Origin: an uncultured Acidobacteriota bacterium
GTDB lineage: Bacteria > Acidobacteriota > Thermoanaerobaculia > Multivoradales > JAHEKO01
NCBI GenBank assembly: GCA_963713825.1
Contig: CAVQNG010000003.1
Coordinates: 544,001 to 608,000, forward strand
DNA: 64,000 bases
Reading direction: 5' to 3'
Shown here: positions 11,448-22,700 of the stretch, in pieces
Layout: every line of letters starts with the position of its first letter
Numbering within the stretch: position 1 is the first letter of the stretch
The notes under the pieces: model-generated
Told to the model about the DNA's origin: nothing
The model's database searches: none
Seen by the model: only the letters and a program-made list of their open reading frames with translations
Made by a program: the position numbers and the translations under genes

Positions 11448-11987
11448 CTACCCGTGCGCGGTCACCATGTTGGCCAGGAGCTCTGCCGGATCGACCCCCA
11501 TGGCCAGAGCGACCTTTTCGAGCACATCGCCGAAGCGTTCCGGGTCGAGTACCACAAAGAGCCCGACCGCTTCGGCCAACGGCTCGCCACCCTCGTCGAG
11601 CAGCCTGCCACGAGTTGTCACCTTTCTACCGGTCGCCTCTTCGACCCACGCTTCCAGGAGGGCGTCCGTTCCCAGGGGAATCATTCTCGAGAAATCGACC
11701 TCGAGATGTGCCGCCACCGAGGCGTAGCCACTCGACCAGGCTGCGACCCCCATGGCCTCATCGAGGACGGCAGCAATGCTGCCACCGTGCGCATGGCTCG
11801 GTGGACCGGCCGCTCCCGGTCCAAACCAGGCCCGACCCACGACCGCACGATCGCCCCGTCGTTTGAAGTACTGGACCCGCAAGAGACCGCTCTTTGGCTT
11901 GCCGCTGACGAAGGACCTCTGTCCTCCTTCCAGAGCGAGAGCCACGAACGGCTCCCAATCGGGCTCCGCTACCACTTCGGGTGGCAT
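11448..11987 (-). CDS. PaaI/hotdog-fold thioesterase
   Basis: GPPSHAHGGSIAAVLDEAMG; start uncertain (11987 or 12002). Confidence 0.85.
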   Translation of the reverse strand: MPPEVVAEPDWEPFVALALEGGQRSFVSGKPKSGLLRVQYFKRRGDRAVVGRAWFGPGAAGPPSHAHGGSIAAVLDEAMGVAAWSSGYASVAAHLEVDFSRMIPLGTDALLEAWVEEATGRKVTTRGRLLDEGGEPLAEAVGLFVVLDPERFGDVLEKVALAMGVDPAELLANMVTAHG

Positions 11988-12061
11988 CTCGGAGAGGCCC
12001 ACTTCACTCTTCGTACCGCGTCGATTTTCCACCGCTATAATCCCTGCAGGATATCGCCGAC

Positions 12062-14515
12062 ATGAGGCCATCTCCACCCCCCTCGCCCTCCCTGACTCAG
12101 GCCGAGCATTGGTTCAGAATCTTAGCTGAAACCATGCCGGTGGCCATCTTCGTCCACCGCGAGAAACTGCTCTATGTAAACCCGGCCGCCGAGGCGATGA
12201 CCGGGTACTCGGCCCCCGAGTTGATGGACATGGGCTTGCACGATCTAGCCAAGCCTCTGTCCACCAGCGATAACGGGTCCACGGCACGCTCTCTTCCCGA
12301 AGACGAAGCAGAAATCTGGAAACTCCGCCGCAAGGACGGGCAGGAGCGCTGGATTCGGCTGACCTCCGGATACGTCGAGCTCGACTGGCAGCCAGCCACC
12401 CTGGTCACGGCCTTCGACGTGACCGTCCAGGAGCAGTCGGCCATCGCGCTCCACGACGTTCGGCAGCGGCTTGCATTTGCCCAACAGGCTGCCCGGTCGG
12501 TGACCTGGGAATGGGACCCCGACAACGACGCCCTGACAACGTCTGAGCTCATCGATCAGGTTTTTGGTTTGCCCCTGCACGACCAGATCACCAGTGGTCG
12601 CGGATTCCTGGAGCTCGTTCACCCGGAGGATCAACCGAGTCTGGAACAAGCGCTGCTGCGCCTGATCAAAGGCGAGGACGAGAACCTGTCTGTCGACATC
12701 CGCTGCCTGTCGCCTCGCGGCGAGATCCGTTGGCTGGCCGAGAGAGCGGTCGCGATGCGCCATCCGTCGGGTCGCGTGCAGCGGGTCATTGGCGTCGCGC
12801 ACGACATTACCGAGCGAAAGATCGCTGAGAACGCCCTATTCCAGGAAAAGGAACGGGCCTTTGTCACGCTAGCCTCGATCGCCGATGGGGTCATTCGGAC
12901 CGATGCCCGGGGCATCATCGACTACCTCAACCCAGTCGCCCAGAAGCTCACGGGGTGGACCCTCGAGGAGGCGTACGGCCAAGAGGCCGAGGCGGTCTAT
13001 CGAGTGGTCGACGAGGCGACCGGTAAGAAGGTCCTCGACCCGGTCCACCACTGCCTGGAAGAGCGCCGGGAGGTCGCCTTCCTCGGCCAACGTCTCCTGG
13101 TCCGCAGGGATGGAAGCACGTTTCCCATCCATGACTCGGCCGCACCGATTCGCAACCAGGAAGGCAAGGTCATCGGCTCGATCCTGGTCTTCAAAGACCT
13201 GACCCAGGTGCGTCGCGTGGAAGACGAAATGGAGCACCTGGCCAGCCACGACCCGCTGACCGGCCTGATCAATCGTCGCGAGTTCGAGCGCCAGCTCCGT
13301 CAGACCTTGCAGGCTCGCGACGGACTGGGTGGCAGACACGCACTGTGTCAGCTGGATCTCGACGCGTTCAAGTTGGTGAACGAGACCTGTGGCCACACCG
13401 CGGGGGACCAGTTGATCCGGAAAATCGCCTCGGTCATCGAGGACCGGGTCCGACAACAGGACGTCCTGGCGCGCCTCGGTGGCGACGAGTTCGGCATCCT
13501 CTTTCGAGACTGTCCCTCGGAGGAAGCTGAGAAGCGCGCCAAGGAGATCGGCGAAGCCATACACAGCTTTCGCTTCCATTGGGGCGGCCGCACCTTCACC
13601 AACCGGGTCAGCGGCGGTTTGGCACCGCTTTCCACCTCACACTCCGGGGCGGACGCGCTGCTGAGTGCCGCCGATGCTGCCTGTTTCGTGGCTAAAGACA
13701 AAGGCGGTGGAACCATCCACATCTATCAGCCTGGCGACCGCGAGATTGCCGAACGGTATGGCGAGATGCAGTGGATCTCACGCCTCCAAAAGGCCCTCGA
13801 CGAGGACCGCTTCAGGCTCTATCACCAGATCATCAAACCGCTTGGCGCGAGCAATAGCGAACCGCCCTTGAGCGAGCTCTTCATTCGATTGATCGACGAG
13901 GAGGGCAAGCTCGTCTATCCGGGATCTTTCATCCCTGCAGCCGAGCGGTACGGGTTGATTCCAACAATCGACCGCTGGGTCCTGCGCACCGCTCTGCATC
14001 TGCTGGCGGACGGCGGCAAAACCGTCATCGCTGACAACAGCCGCTTTGCCATCAACCTCTCGGGTCTCAGCCTCGGTGCCGAAGGCTTTCTCGACTTCGT
14101 CGTCGATGAGCTCGACAAGACCAGGATTCCACCCGACCGGGTCTTCTTCGAAATCACGGAGACCTCCGCCATCGCCAATCTGCCAACGGCCATGCGCTTC
14201 ATCTCGGTGTTGAAGGGCATGGGTTGCCGCTTCGTACTGGACGATTTCGGGCAGGGCTTAAGCTCGTTCGGCTATCTGAAGAATCTCCCCCTGGACTTCC
14301 TCAAGATCGACGGCGGCTTCGTGAGAGAAATGGTCGCCGACCCGATCCAGGCGGCGCTCGTGGCTTCGATCCACGAGATTGGCGAAGTGATGGGCCTTGG
14401 CACCATTGCCGAGTCGGTCGAAGACGAAGCTACACTCGAGGCGCTGCGCCAGATCGGAGTCGATTACGTTCAGGGGTACCTTTTCCAGCGGCCACGGCCG
14501 CTGAGCAAAAGCTAG
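12062..14515 (+). CDS. PAS-GGDEF-EAL diguanylate cyclase/phosphodiesterase
   Basis: Three PAS; HDPLTGL, RQQD I-site plus GGDEF; ELFIR, EITE, LDDFGQG, KIDG, QGY. Confidence 0.94.
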   Translation: MRPSPPPSPSLTQAEHWFRILAETMPVAIFVHREKLLYVNPAAEAMTGYSAPELMDMGLHDLAKPLSTSDNGSTARSLPEDEAEIWKLRRKDGQERWIRLTSGYVELDWQPATLVTAFDVTVQEQSAIALHDVRQRLAFAQQAARSVTWEWDPDNDALTTSELIDQVFGLPLHDQITSGRGFLELVHPEDQPSLEQALLRLIKGEDENLSVDIRCLSPRGEIRWLAERAVAMRHPSGRVQRVIGVAHDITERKIAENALFQEKERAFVTLASIADGVIRTDARGIIDYLNPVAQKLTGWTLEEAYGQEAEAVYRVVDEATGKKVLDPVHHCLEERREVAFLGQRLLVRRDGSTFPIHDSAAPIRNQEGKVIGSILVFKDLTQVRRVEDEMEHLASHDPLTGLINRREFERQLRQTLQARDGLGGRHALCQLDLDAFKLVNETCGHTAGDQLIRKIASVIEDRVRQQDVLARLGGDEFGILFRDCPSEEAEKRAKEIGEAIHSFRFHWGGRTFTNRVSGGLAPLSTSHSGADALLSAADAACFVAKDKGGGTIHIYQPGDREIAERYGEMQWISRLQKALDEDRFRLYHQIIKPLGASNSEPPLSELFIRLIDEEGKLVYPGSFIPAAERYGLIPTIDRWVLRTALHLLADGGKTVIADNSRFAINLSGLSLGAEGFLDFVVDELDKTRIPPDRVFFEITETSAIANLPTAMRFISVLKGMGCRFVLDDFGQGLSSFGYLKNLPLDFLKIDGGFVREMVADPIQAALVASIHEIGEVMGLGTIAESVEDEATLEALRQIGVDYVQGYLFQRPRPLSKS

Positions 14516-14663
14516 TGACTCTCGAGCCGACCGACACCCCTGTACCTCGGCCCAGCAGAGGTCTGACCTGCAGTCTTGCTGATATATTGAAAGTCTCCGA
14601 AACGGCGGCCGGTTCGGGCCCCGTGAGCCCGAAGTCCGACCAATAGAAGAAAGGCCAAATCCG

Positions 14664-16511
14664 ATGAGATTTACCTCGCCCCAAAAAGCTCCGCCTACCT
14701 CGAACCCGAAATTGCTGGCCTGGGTCGAGAGAGTCATCGACCTCTGCAACCCGGGCAAGGTCTGGTGGTGTGATGGATCGACCGAGGAGTATGACGAGTT
14801 GGCCCAGATCATGACCGAGACTGGAACGGCTCGATGGCTGGACCAGGAGTTGCGTCCCAATTCGCTCTATGTGCGCTCAGATCCGGCCGATGTGGCCCGC
14901 GTCGAAGACCGCACATTCATCTGTTCCCAGCGTCATGAGGATGCTGGACCGACGAACAACTGGGGTGATCCTGCGGAGATGAAGGCCCACCTGCGAGGCC
15001 TCTACGACAGCTGTATGGAAGGCAGGACGATGTTTGTCATTCCCTACTCCATGGGCCCCATCGGCAGCCCCATCGCCAGAATCGGCATCGTCATTACCGA
15101 CTCGCCCTACGTCGTCTGCAACATGCACATCATGGCTCGTGTGGGCACGAAGGTCCTGGAGGCACTCGGCGACGGTGAAGACTTCGTTCGCGGGATCCAC
15201 TCGGTGGGATACCCCTTGGACAGCCAGAAGAAGCCCGATCAGCCCTGGCCCTGTAACGCCGACAACAAATACATCTGCCACTTTCCCGAGACCCGGGAGA
15301 TCTGGTCCTACGGCTCCGGCTACGGCGGCAACGCTCTGCTCGGCAAGAAGTGCCACGCGCTGCGCATCGCCTCGGTCCAAGCGCGCGATGAAGGTTGGCT
15401 GGCCGAGCACATGCTGATTCTCAAGCTCACCAACCCGCAAGGGCAATCCAAGTTCGTCGCGGCGGCCTTCCCATCAGCCTGCGGCAAGACCAATCTCGCG
15501 ATGATGAATCCCACGCTGCCGGGCTGGAAAGTGGAGACCGTGGGCGACGACATCGCCTGGATGAAGTTCGGTGACGACGGCCGGCTCTACGCCATCAATC
15601 CCGAGGCCGGCTTCTTCGGTGTAGCACCCGGCACCAGCATGCACTCGAACCCGAATGCCATGCTGTCGCTGGCCAAGAACAGCATCTTCACCAACTGCGC
15701 CCTGACTCGGGAAGGTGACGTCTATTGGGAGGACATGCTAGACGAGAAGCCTGCCTTCCTCGTCGACTGGCTGCGCCGCCCATGGACATCGGAAAGCAAG
15801 CGGTCGGCCGCCCATCCCAACGCCCGTTTCACCGCTCCGGCCAGTCAGTGCCCAGTCATCGCGGACGAGTGGGAGGATCCGGCCGGAGTGCCGATCGACG
15901 CCATTCTCTTCGGTGGACGCCGGGCAAAGGTCGTGCCACTGGTGACCGAGGCCTTGGGTTGGGAGCACGGCACCTTCCTGGGATCGATCATGGCGTCGGA
16001 AAAGACAGCCGCCGCCTCGGGCAGAGTTGGCGTCGTACGCCGAGATCCCATGGCCATGCTGCCGTTCTGCGGCTACCACATGGGTGACTACTTCGCCCAC
16101 TGGCTCGAAGTCGGAGCCAAAGGGGGTGCCGAAGGCAAGAGTGAATGGGGATCGATGCCGCGGATCTTCTACGTCAACTGGTTCCGCAAGGATGAGGACG
16201 GCAACTTCCTGTGGCCCGGCTTCGGTGAGAACAGTCGCGTTCTCAAGTGGGTCTTCGAGCGCTGCAACGACGAGGGCGATGTCCAGGAGAGCTTCATCGG
16301 CCTCCATCCGACCGCCGGTGGTCTGGACCTGGAAGGTCTCGACATCTCACAGGAGGACCTCGATCAGCTACTCGCAGTCGATGCCGAAGACTGGCGGCGA
16401 GAGGTCACGCTGCTGCACGACCACTACTTCCAGTTCGGTGATCACCTGCCGAAGGCCCTCGCCGATCAGCTGGCCGAGCTCGAGAGCGTGCTCAAGGCGA
16501 TGACGGACTGA
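14664..16511 (+). CDS. pckG: Phosphoenolpyruvate carboxykinase (GTP)
   Basis: [42 protein letters not shown]. Confidence 0.97.
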   Translation: MRFTSPQKAPPTSNPKLLAWVERVIDLCNPGKVWWCDGSTEEYDELAQIMTETGTARWLDQELRPNSLYVRSDPADVARVEDRTFICSQRHEDAGPTNNWGDPAEMKAHLRGLYDSCMEGRTMFVIPYSMGPIGSPIARIGIVITDSPYVVCNMHIMARVGTKVLEALGDGEDFVRGIHSVGYPLDSQKKPDQPWPCNADNKYICHFPETREIWSYGSGYGGNALLGKKCHALRIASVQARDEGWLAEHMLILKLTNPQGQSKFVAAAFPSACGKTNLAMMNPTLPGWKVETVGDDIAWMKFGDDGRLYAINPEAGFFGVAPGTSMHSNPNAMLSLAKNSIFTNCALTREGDVYWEDMLDEKPAFLVDWLRRPWTSESKRSAAHPNARFTAPASQCPVIADEWEDPAGVPIDAILFGGRRAKVVPLVTEALGWEHGTFLGSIMASEKTAAASGRVGVVRRDPMAMLPFCGYHMGDYFAHWLEVGAKGGAEGKSEWGSMPRIFYVNWFRKDEDGNFLWPGFGENSRVLKWVFERCNDEGDVQESFIGLHPTAGGLDLEGLDISQEDLDQLLAVDAEDWRREVTLLHDHYFQFGDHLPKALADQLAELESVLKAMTD

Positions 16512-16590
16512 CTCGACGTGGCCTGGCCTCCAGGTCACTTGTGAATCAACGAACGACCCAATTGCGATACGTTGAGCGAGGAGAACCAAC

Positions 16591-18219
16591 GTGGACATCG
16601 AAGGTAGCAAGGTACTCGTCCTGGGCGGCTATGGCCTGGTGGGGATGGCGGTCTGCCGGGAGTTGTTGGAGCACAAGCCGCGAGAGATCCAGATCCACAG
16701 CCTGCGGCAGGAAGAATCGGCAGAGGCTCGTGAGCTGCTGACGCCGTTTGCGGAAGGCGTCAAGCTCTCGATCTCGAGTGGCGACATCTTCGGACTTGCC
16801 GAAGAAGCCTCCAGAATAGAGCGCATCGCGGCTCAGCTGAGCCCCCTTCGCGACTCGGATTGGGGAAGGTTCCTGCTGTACCGGTTGCTGGTCGATGGCA
16901 AGCCGGACATCGTGATCGATTCCGTCAACACCGCGACTGGCATCGCTTACAGGGACGTCTATTCGGCCTCGGCAAAGGTGCTGAAAAGCCTGGAAGCCGG
17001 CAGCTCGCAGTGCGATCAGGTCGAGGATCTGCTCGAAGCCCTCTATGTGCCGCGACTGATCCGCCACATGCAGCTCCTGTATGGAGGCATGATCGACGCC
17101 GGTACTCGTGCCTATTTCAAGGTGGGGACCAGCGGCACGGGTGGCATGGGCCTCAATGTTCCCTACACCCATTCCGAAGAGAAGCCGAGCCGTGTTCTGC
17201 TCTCCAAGAGCGCCATGGCGGGAGCCCAGTCCATGTTGCTGTTTCTCATGGCCCGCACGCCGGGAGCTCCCATCACCAAGGAGATCAAGCCGGCGGCCGC
17301 TATCGCCTGGAAGAAGATCGACCACGGGCCCATCTACCGTGGACGAAAGCCCATCTACATCATGGAGGCCACCCCCCAGACCCTGGGCGAAACCTTCTCA
17401 ACCAACGATCCGACGGCAGCCAAGGCCACCGAGAGCATTCTCGAGACGGCCTACATCGATACCGGTGAGAACGGCATCTTCAGCGTCGAGGAGTTCGCGA
17501 TGCTCACCACGTCTCGACAGATGGAGTTCGTGACGCCCGAAGAGATCGCTCAGTACCTCATCTTCGAGATCGGCGGGGGCAACACGGGGCACGACGTCAT
17601 CAACGCACTGGACAACGCGGTACTGGGTCCCACCTATCGGGCCGGTCTCATGCGCCATTGGGCTCTGGAACGAATGATGGAGTTCGAAGCGCAGGGCAAA
17701 ACCAAGAGCGTCGCTTTCGAGATGCTGGGGCCGCCACGCAACACCAAGCTGCTCTTCGAGGCTCACCTCCTCCGAGAGGCGTTCGTCACGATGACGGCTG
17801 TTCGCGAAGCGACCCCGGACGAAGTTGTCGAGAAGATAGAAACGATGCTTCGGGAAGAGCCGCGGCTTGCCAACGAAGTGGTCTCGGTTGGTATTCCCAT
17901 CCTCTTGTCTTCAGGCGAGATCCTGCGGGGCCAGGAGGTCATCGTGCCAGCCGAGGCGGACCACGAGCCGATCACCCCCGAGAAGCTGGAAGCCTGGGTG
18001 CACGACGGGTGGGTCGACTTGCGGCGCGAGAACTGCGCCAGTTGGATCGATCGGATGCAGCGTATCCACGACGACACGGCGGCCATTCCCAAGGACGACA
18101 CCTCGAGTCGCCATTTGCGGAATGTCAGGTTCTGGGACGAGGAGAAGAGGATTCAGCCCGGCAAGATCCTGGGGTGGATTCTCTCAGTCGAGGAGCACGG
18201 CGCCCGCTTCAAGCACTGA
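16591..18219 (+). CDS. Uncharacterised NAD(P)-binding Rossmann/SDR-like protein
   Basis: N-terminal VLVLGGYGLVG dinucleotide-binding motif; GTG start with AGGAG RBS; 542 aa. Confidence 0.7.
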   Translation: MDIEGSKVLVLGGYGLVGMAVCRELLEHKPREIQIHSLRQEESAEARELLTPFAEGVKLSISSGDIFGLAEEASRIERIAAQLSPLRDSDWGRFLLYRLLVDGKPDIVIDSVNTATGIAYRDVYSASAKVLKSLEAGSSQCDQVEDLLEALYVPRLIRHMQLLYGGMIDAGTRAYFKVGTSGTGGMGLNVPYTHSEEKPSRVLLSKSAMAGAQSMLLFLMARTPGAPITKEIKPAAAIAWKKIDHGPIYRGRKPIYIMEATPQTLGETFSTNDPTAAKATESILETAYIDTGENGIFSVEEFAMLTTSRQMEFVTPEEIAQYLIFEIGGGNTGHDVINALDNAVLGPTYRAGLMRHWALERMMEFEAQGKTKSVAFEMLGPPRNTKLLFEAHLLREAFVTMTAVREATPDEVVEKIETMLREEPRLANEVVSVGIPILLSSGEILRGQEVIVPAEADHEPITPEKLEAWVHDGWVDLRRENCASWIDRMQRIHDDTAAIPKDDTSSRHLRNVRFWDEEKRIQPGKILGWILSVEEHGARFKH

Positions 18220-18235
18220 TCCCACCCGCCCTCCC

Positions 18236-18385
18236 GAGGGTTGAGGCGGCCGGGCGTACCTTCCGGCCGATCTTTGAGGGCCTGGGGGTTGAAGCGGCTG
18301 GACTTTGTCCGTCCGGTCTCTGGGGCAGTGGGGCGCAGGTGGTGTTGGGCCCGGCCTCCCCTAAGCCCTTAAGCCCTTACCCCCC
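18236..18385 (+). repeat. Dispersed modular hairpin repeat, family 1, copy A
   Basis: GGGTTGAGG-hairpin-TTTGAGGGCCTGGGGGTTGAAG-unit-GGCAGTGGG...CCTAAGCCCTTAAGCCCTTAC; aligns by eye to the reverse complement of 42895-43042. Confidence 0.85.
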
Positions 18386-19485
18386 TCCCGAAAGTCGCTG
18401 AGGCGGACGGGTAGCCGGCGTGCACCCCAATCCCCCGGGCTGCCATCGAAGCGTCCCGCACATGGCGTGCCACAGGCGCGGCAACTGCCGTCTGCCGTCA
18501 GTCGCCAATCGTTCAAGACATACCAGTCACGACCGATGAGCCTCTCGCCACACTCGTGGCAATAGGTACTGCCGCCTTCGTGGTCGTGAACGTTGCCGGT
18601 GTAGACATAGCGAACACCGTTGCCCATCGCGATGCGTCGAGCTCCGCTCAGCGTCTGATGCGGCGTCGGCGCGCGGTCCATCATCTTCCAGTCGGGGTGA
18701 AAAGCGGTGAAATGCATCGGCACGTCTCGGCCCAGTTTGTCCACCACCCAGCGCGACATCGCGTCGATCTCTTCGGGTGAGTCGTTTTCGCCTGGGATCA
18801 GCAGCGTGGTGATCTCGAACCAGACATCCGTTTCGTGCTGCAAGTAGACCAGGGTTTCGAGGACAGGCTGTAGGTGTGAGCCGCAGATCTCCCGATAGAA
18901 CGATTCGGTGAAGGCCTTGAGGTCGACATTGGCGGCATCCATGTGGCGGTAGAACTCCTCGCGCGGCTCGGCACAGACCTCTCCTGCCGTTACCGCCACG
19001 GCCTGGATGTCGAGCTCATGACAGGCCTGGGCAACATCGATCGCGTACTCGTGGAAGATGACCGGGTCGTTGTAGGTGAAGGCGACGCTGCGGCAGCCCA
19101 GTTCTCTTGCTGCTCGGGCGATGGTCTCCGGAGCTGCCTGATCGGCCAGGGTGTCGAACTGCCGGGACTTGGAGATGTCCCAGTTCTGGCAGAAACGGCA
19201 GGCCAAGTTGCAGCCCGCCGTTCCGAACGACAGCACCGGGGTGCCCGGAAAGAAGTGGTTCAGGGGCTTCTTCTCGATGGGATCCACACAGAAGCCACTC
19301 GAGCGACCGTAGGTAGTGAGAACCACCTCTCCGTCCAGGCAGCCACGTACGAAGCACAGCCCACGCTGTCCCTCACGGAGCTTGCAGAAACGGGGGCACA
19401 GATCGCACTGCACCCGGCCATCTTCGAGCTCATGCCAATAGCGAGTCGAAACGACGCTGGCGTCACGAGTGATGGGTACGTCCAT
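18361..19485 (-). CDS. amrS: AmmeMemoRadiSam system radical SAM enzyme
   Basis: N-terminal CDLCPRFC, DPIEKKPLNHF, CNLACRFC, FTYNDP, YTGNVHD, C-terminal CxxC pairs. Confidence 0.9.
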   Translation of the reverse strand: MDVPITRDASVVSTRYWHELEDGRVQCDLCPRFCKLREGQRGLCFVRGCLDGEVVLTTYGRSSGFCVDPIEKKPLNHFFPGTPVLSFGTAGCNLACRFCQNWDISKSRQFDTLADQAAPETIARAARELGCRSVAFTYNDPVIFHEYAIDVAQACHELDIQAVAVTAGEVCAEPREEFYRHMDAANVDLKAFTESFYREICGSHLQPVLETLVYLQHETDVWFEITTLLIPGENDSPEEIDAMSRWVVDKLGRDVPMHFTAFHPDWKMMDRAPTPHQTLSGARRIAMGNGVRYVYTGNVHDHEGGSTYCHECGERLIGRDWYVLNDWRLTADGSCRACGTPCAGRFDGSPGDWGARRLPVRLSDFREGGKGLRA

Positions 19486-19564
19486 GCCTGAGGCTTCCTC
19501 TCAATGCAACCAACCAAGACTGCACCGAATTCCAGTCAATGACGTACTTTCGGAGGTCCGTTGC

Positions 19565-19736
19565 GGGGCGTAGGAGCGTGAGGGATGGGCCCCCCACTGC
19601 TCAGAGAATCAGCCGCCGGAGTCGGAGGCTGATTCAACCCCCAATGCCCAAGAGCCGGCTGGAGGTACGACGGACGGTCCAACCCCCAAGCCCCCAAAGA
19701 GCGCCCGGCGGTGAGCCGGGCGCCTCCTCCCCCCGG
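19565..19736 (-). repeat. Dispersed modular hairpin repeat, family 1, copy B (three hairpin units)
   Basis: On - strand: hairpin-TTTGGGGGCTTGGGGGTTGG-unit-TTGGGCATTGGGGGTTGAA-hairpin-GCAGTGGG...CCTACGCCCC. Confidence 0.75.
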
Positions 19737-22700
19737 TCAGGGATTCACGAGCTTCACCCAATTGCGCATTGCACCCAAACTGCAGCCGAACTTCTCGTGG
19801 CCTTTGCCCAGATGCTGCGCCTCGATGATCTGCTCGCAAGAGCAGCCCCCTGTGTCACCCACCGTGAAGAAATCGGTGGGGCCACTCTGGAGCCGCCTCT
19901 GGTTACCACGGCCACCGGGGGCCGTCGTATCGAACACCCCGTCCTCATCCACCAGCGCGTACCGATTGACTCCCAGACGATCCGTCGGTACCGACTCCGG
20001 AATCACCGTCGCCGGACAGACATCCACGTCATCGGGCACCCCGTCGTTGTCAGCATCGCTGGCCACGAAGAGAACAAGCCCGTCGTGATCGGATGAGCGC
20101 AGGGGCGTCGTGTCGTCGTTGATCAGATCGACGAAGGCGTCGGCGTTGCCACGACCGAACTCCAGACCAGCCAGGAAGTCGTCCAACCCTTCACTCGTCA
20201 GCGCATGGTCGAGGGCTTGACCGTTCCCAGTGAAGATGTAGGAGTAACGTTCCGCCTGATCCAGTTTCGCTGTCTGATTCGTCAGATCGGGCTCCACCAG
20301 ATCAGCGCATGGGTTCGTGTCGCAGACGAGATTGTCGGCTGGCTCGAAGTCACCCACGATCTGGCCGACTGCGTCGACGTACCCGTCGGTGAATTCAAAA
20401 GCGTTGTAGTCACCGATCACCACCAGGTGCACTTCAGGGTTCGCCGACTGCAGGGCCTGGACCTTCTCGGCAATGGACTGGGCCTGTTCGTAGCGCTTCT
20501 GCCTTACCCTCTCGCCACCGCTTGGATCATCGATCCCACCCAGGGAACGATTGTGGACCGTCATGACCGCAATGGAGAACGACCCAAACTCGAGCTCGAA
20601 AGCACCCTCGAGTAGCAAAGGTGGACGATCGTGCAGTAGCGAGCCGTCATAACTCAAGATCTCGTCCTCGCCGAGTTGGGTGATCTGGTCAATCGTCACT
20701 GTGTCACGCACCATGAAGCCGACATCGATGCCGCCAACGTCGTTGCCCTCGATCAGGATCGGCGTGTAGATCACAGACGAATCCTCGAAAGCGATGTCCA
20801 CGGCCAGGTCCTCGAGGACCTCGATTTTCTCCGCCTCCTGGACAGCCAAGACATCGGGGGCATCGAGAACGTCGAGGATGTAGTCGACAAACTTGGCCTT
20901 CCGTCCGAAGTACTCGGCATTGTCGAAGAAACGCAACATGTTCAAGCTGCCCACTGTAAATTCTCCTGCCGCGCGCGCTCTGACCGGGCGCAACACATCC
21001 GGCACCGGCCCCACCGACATCATCTTGGGTACAACCTTGTATCGACCGAAGGTGAAGTTCAGGGGGCCATAGCCCGAAATCGCCTGGCCGGCGAATACGG
21101 GGTCGGAGATGCCATCCAGGCCATCCGTGTCGACGTCGAAGACTTCGGGGTTTCCATCCCAGACGGGAAGATCTGATAGGCCCGGAAAGATGATGCCGGG
21201 CTCTCGGAAGGGCCGCGGATTATCGACAACGAGACTGACCTCGCCGAACCGATTCGTCGGCCCTGAAGCGATGCCATCGAAGCTGACCAGCATACCCTCG
21301 AATCGCTCGAGATCCGGAACCGGAAACGGCTGGTCCGAAGGTGTCGTCGCATCGAACGGAGTTACTGTAGGCAGGGGTTCGCCGCCCCCCAGGATGTCCA
21401 CAGTTGGCGAGTCCGTGATCTCCGTCAGTTCGAAGTACTCCTGCACCCGCCCAATGACTCGTACGCGGTCTCCAATAGAGACCATTGGTGGGTCCACGCC
21501 CGTGTAGACGTAGATACCGTCCGAGGTATAGGGATCATCATCGCTGTCTGCGTCAGGTGTCTGCATGTAAAAGCTGCGAAAGGCCACTGCTGTGACCACG
21601 TTTTCGGTTGTCTTGACTTCCATGCCCTCATAGGGCGAGTAGAGGCCATCGCCCTGGATCTCCCAGATCTCCACCGTCGGGGGTCCCGGCGGTGGCTCGA
21701 CTCCAGAGGTGACCATGAGGTTCTGAAAGGCGATGGCCTCCGAGCCACCATCGGTATTCGCCGTCAGGATCAGGGTGAGCGTTGAGCCGGTGCCCGTGAG
21801 CGGCGCGTAGAACGGGGCCATGTCATTGTTCAGCAGGTCTCCGTTCACCAGCATCGGGTCACTTAGGGTGACGATCGCACCGCCCTCCATCGTGTAGTCC
21901 TGCGAGGCATCCTCGTCGATCGAGCTCTGAAACGCCGTCTGTACCGCGCCACCGTCGATGCTGTAGCTCCAGTTAAAGAAATCATTCGCCGCCTCGAAGT
22001 CCCCCATCGCTCCCATGTCGATCGACAGCCCGAGATCCGACGCACCATAGATGTCGAAGACCCAGGTCGCAACTACGTCACGACCCGAGGTGTCGCCATT
22101 ATTCGTGTCGACAATCCCGAAGAACTCGTCCGTATTCCCTGTCTTGATGATGCCGAGCGTATCCCCCGGGAAGGAGCCCGCAGAGTCGTCCACCACCGCA
22201 AAAGGAATCGACGCCGATACTCCCCGCTGGAACTTGTTGAAACCATCCCCGGCAGAGGTGAACGGAATTGCCGGGTCGTCCGTAAACGACAACAGGTTCT
22301 GCGACGCCGAGCTCACCATGTCAAAAGCGATGACTGTCGGTGGCGGTGGTGGCCCGACTCCCGCGGTGATGACGAGGTTCTGAAAGGCGATCGCCTCCGA
22401 GCCACCATCGGTGTTCGCCGTCAGGACCAACGTCAGCTGCGAACCGGTTCCCGAGAGAGCCGTGAAAAACGGGGTCAGGTTATTCGTCAGCAACACCCCA
22501 TTCATCAACATCGGATCACTTAGGGTGACGATCGCACCGCCCTCCATGGTGTAGTCCTGCGAGGCATCCTCGTCGATCGAGCTCTGAAACGCCGTCACTG
22601 CCGGACTGCCGTCGATGCTGTAGCTCCAGTTGAAGAAATCATTCGCCGCCTCGAAGTCCCCCATCGCTCCCATGTCGATCGACAGCCCGAGATCCGACGC

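Noticed and set aside
18236-18385. Family 1 repeat as a mini-CRISPR array
   Set aside because: Only 2-3 units per locus, the 'spacers' are self-complementary and similar between loci, and there are no cas genes.
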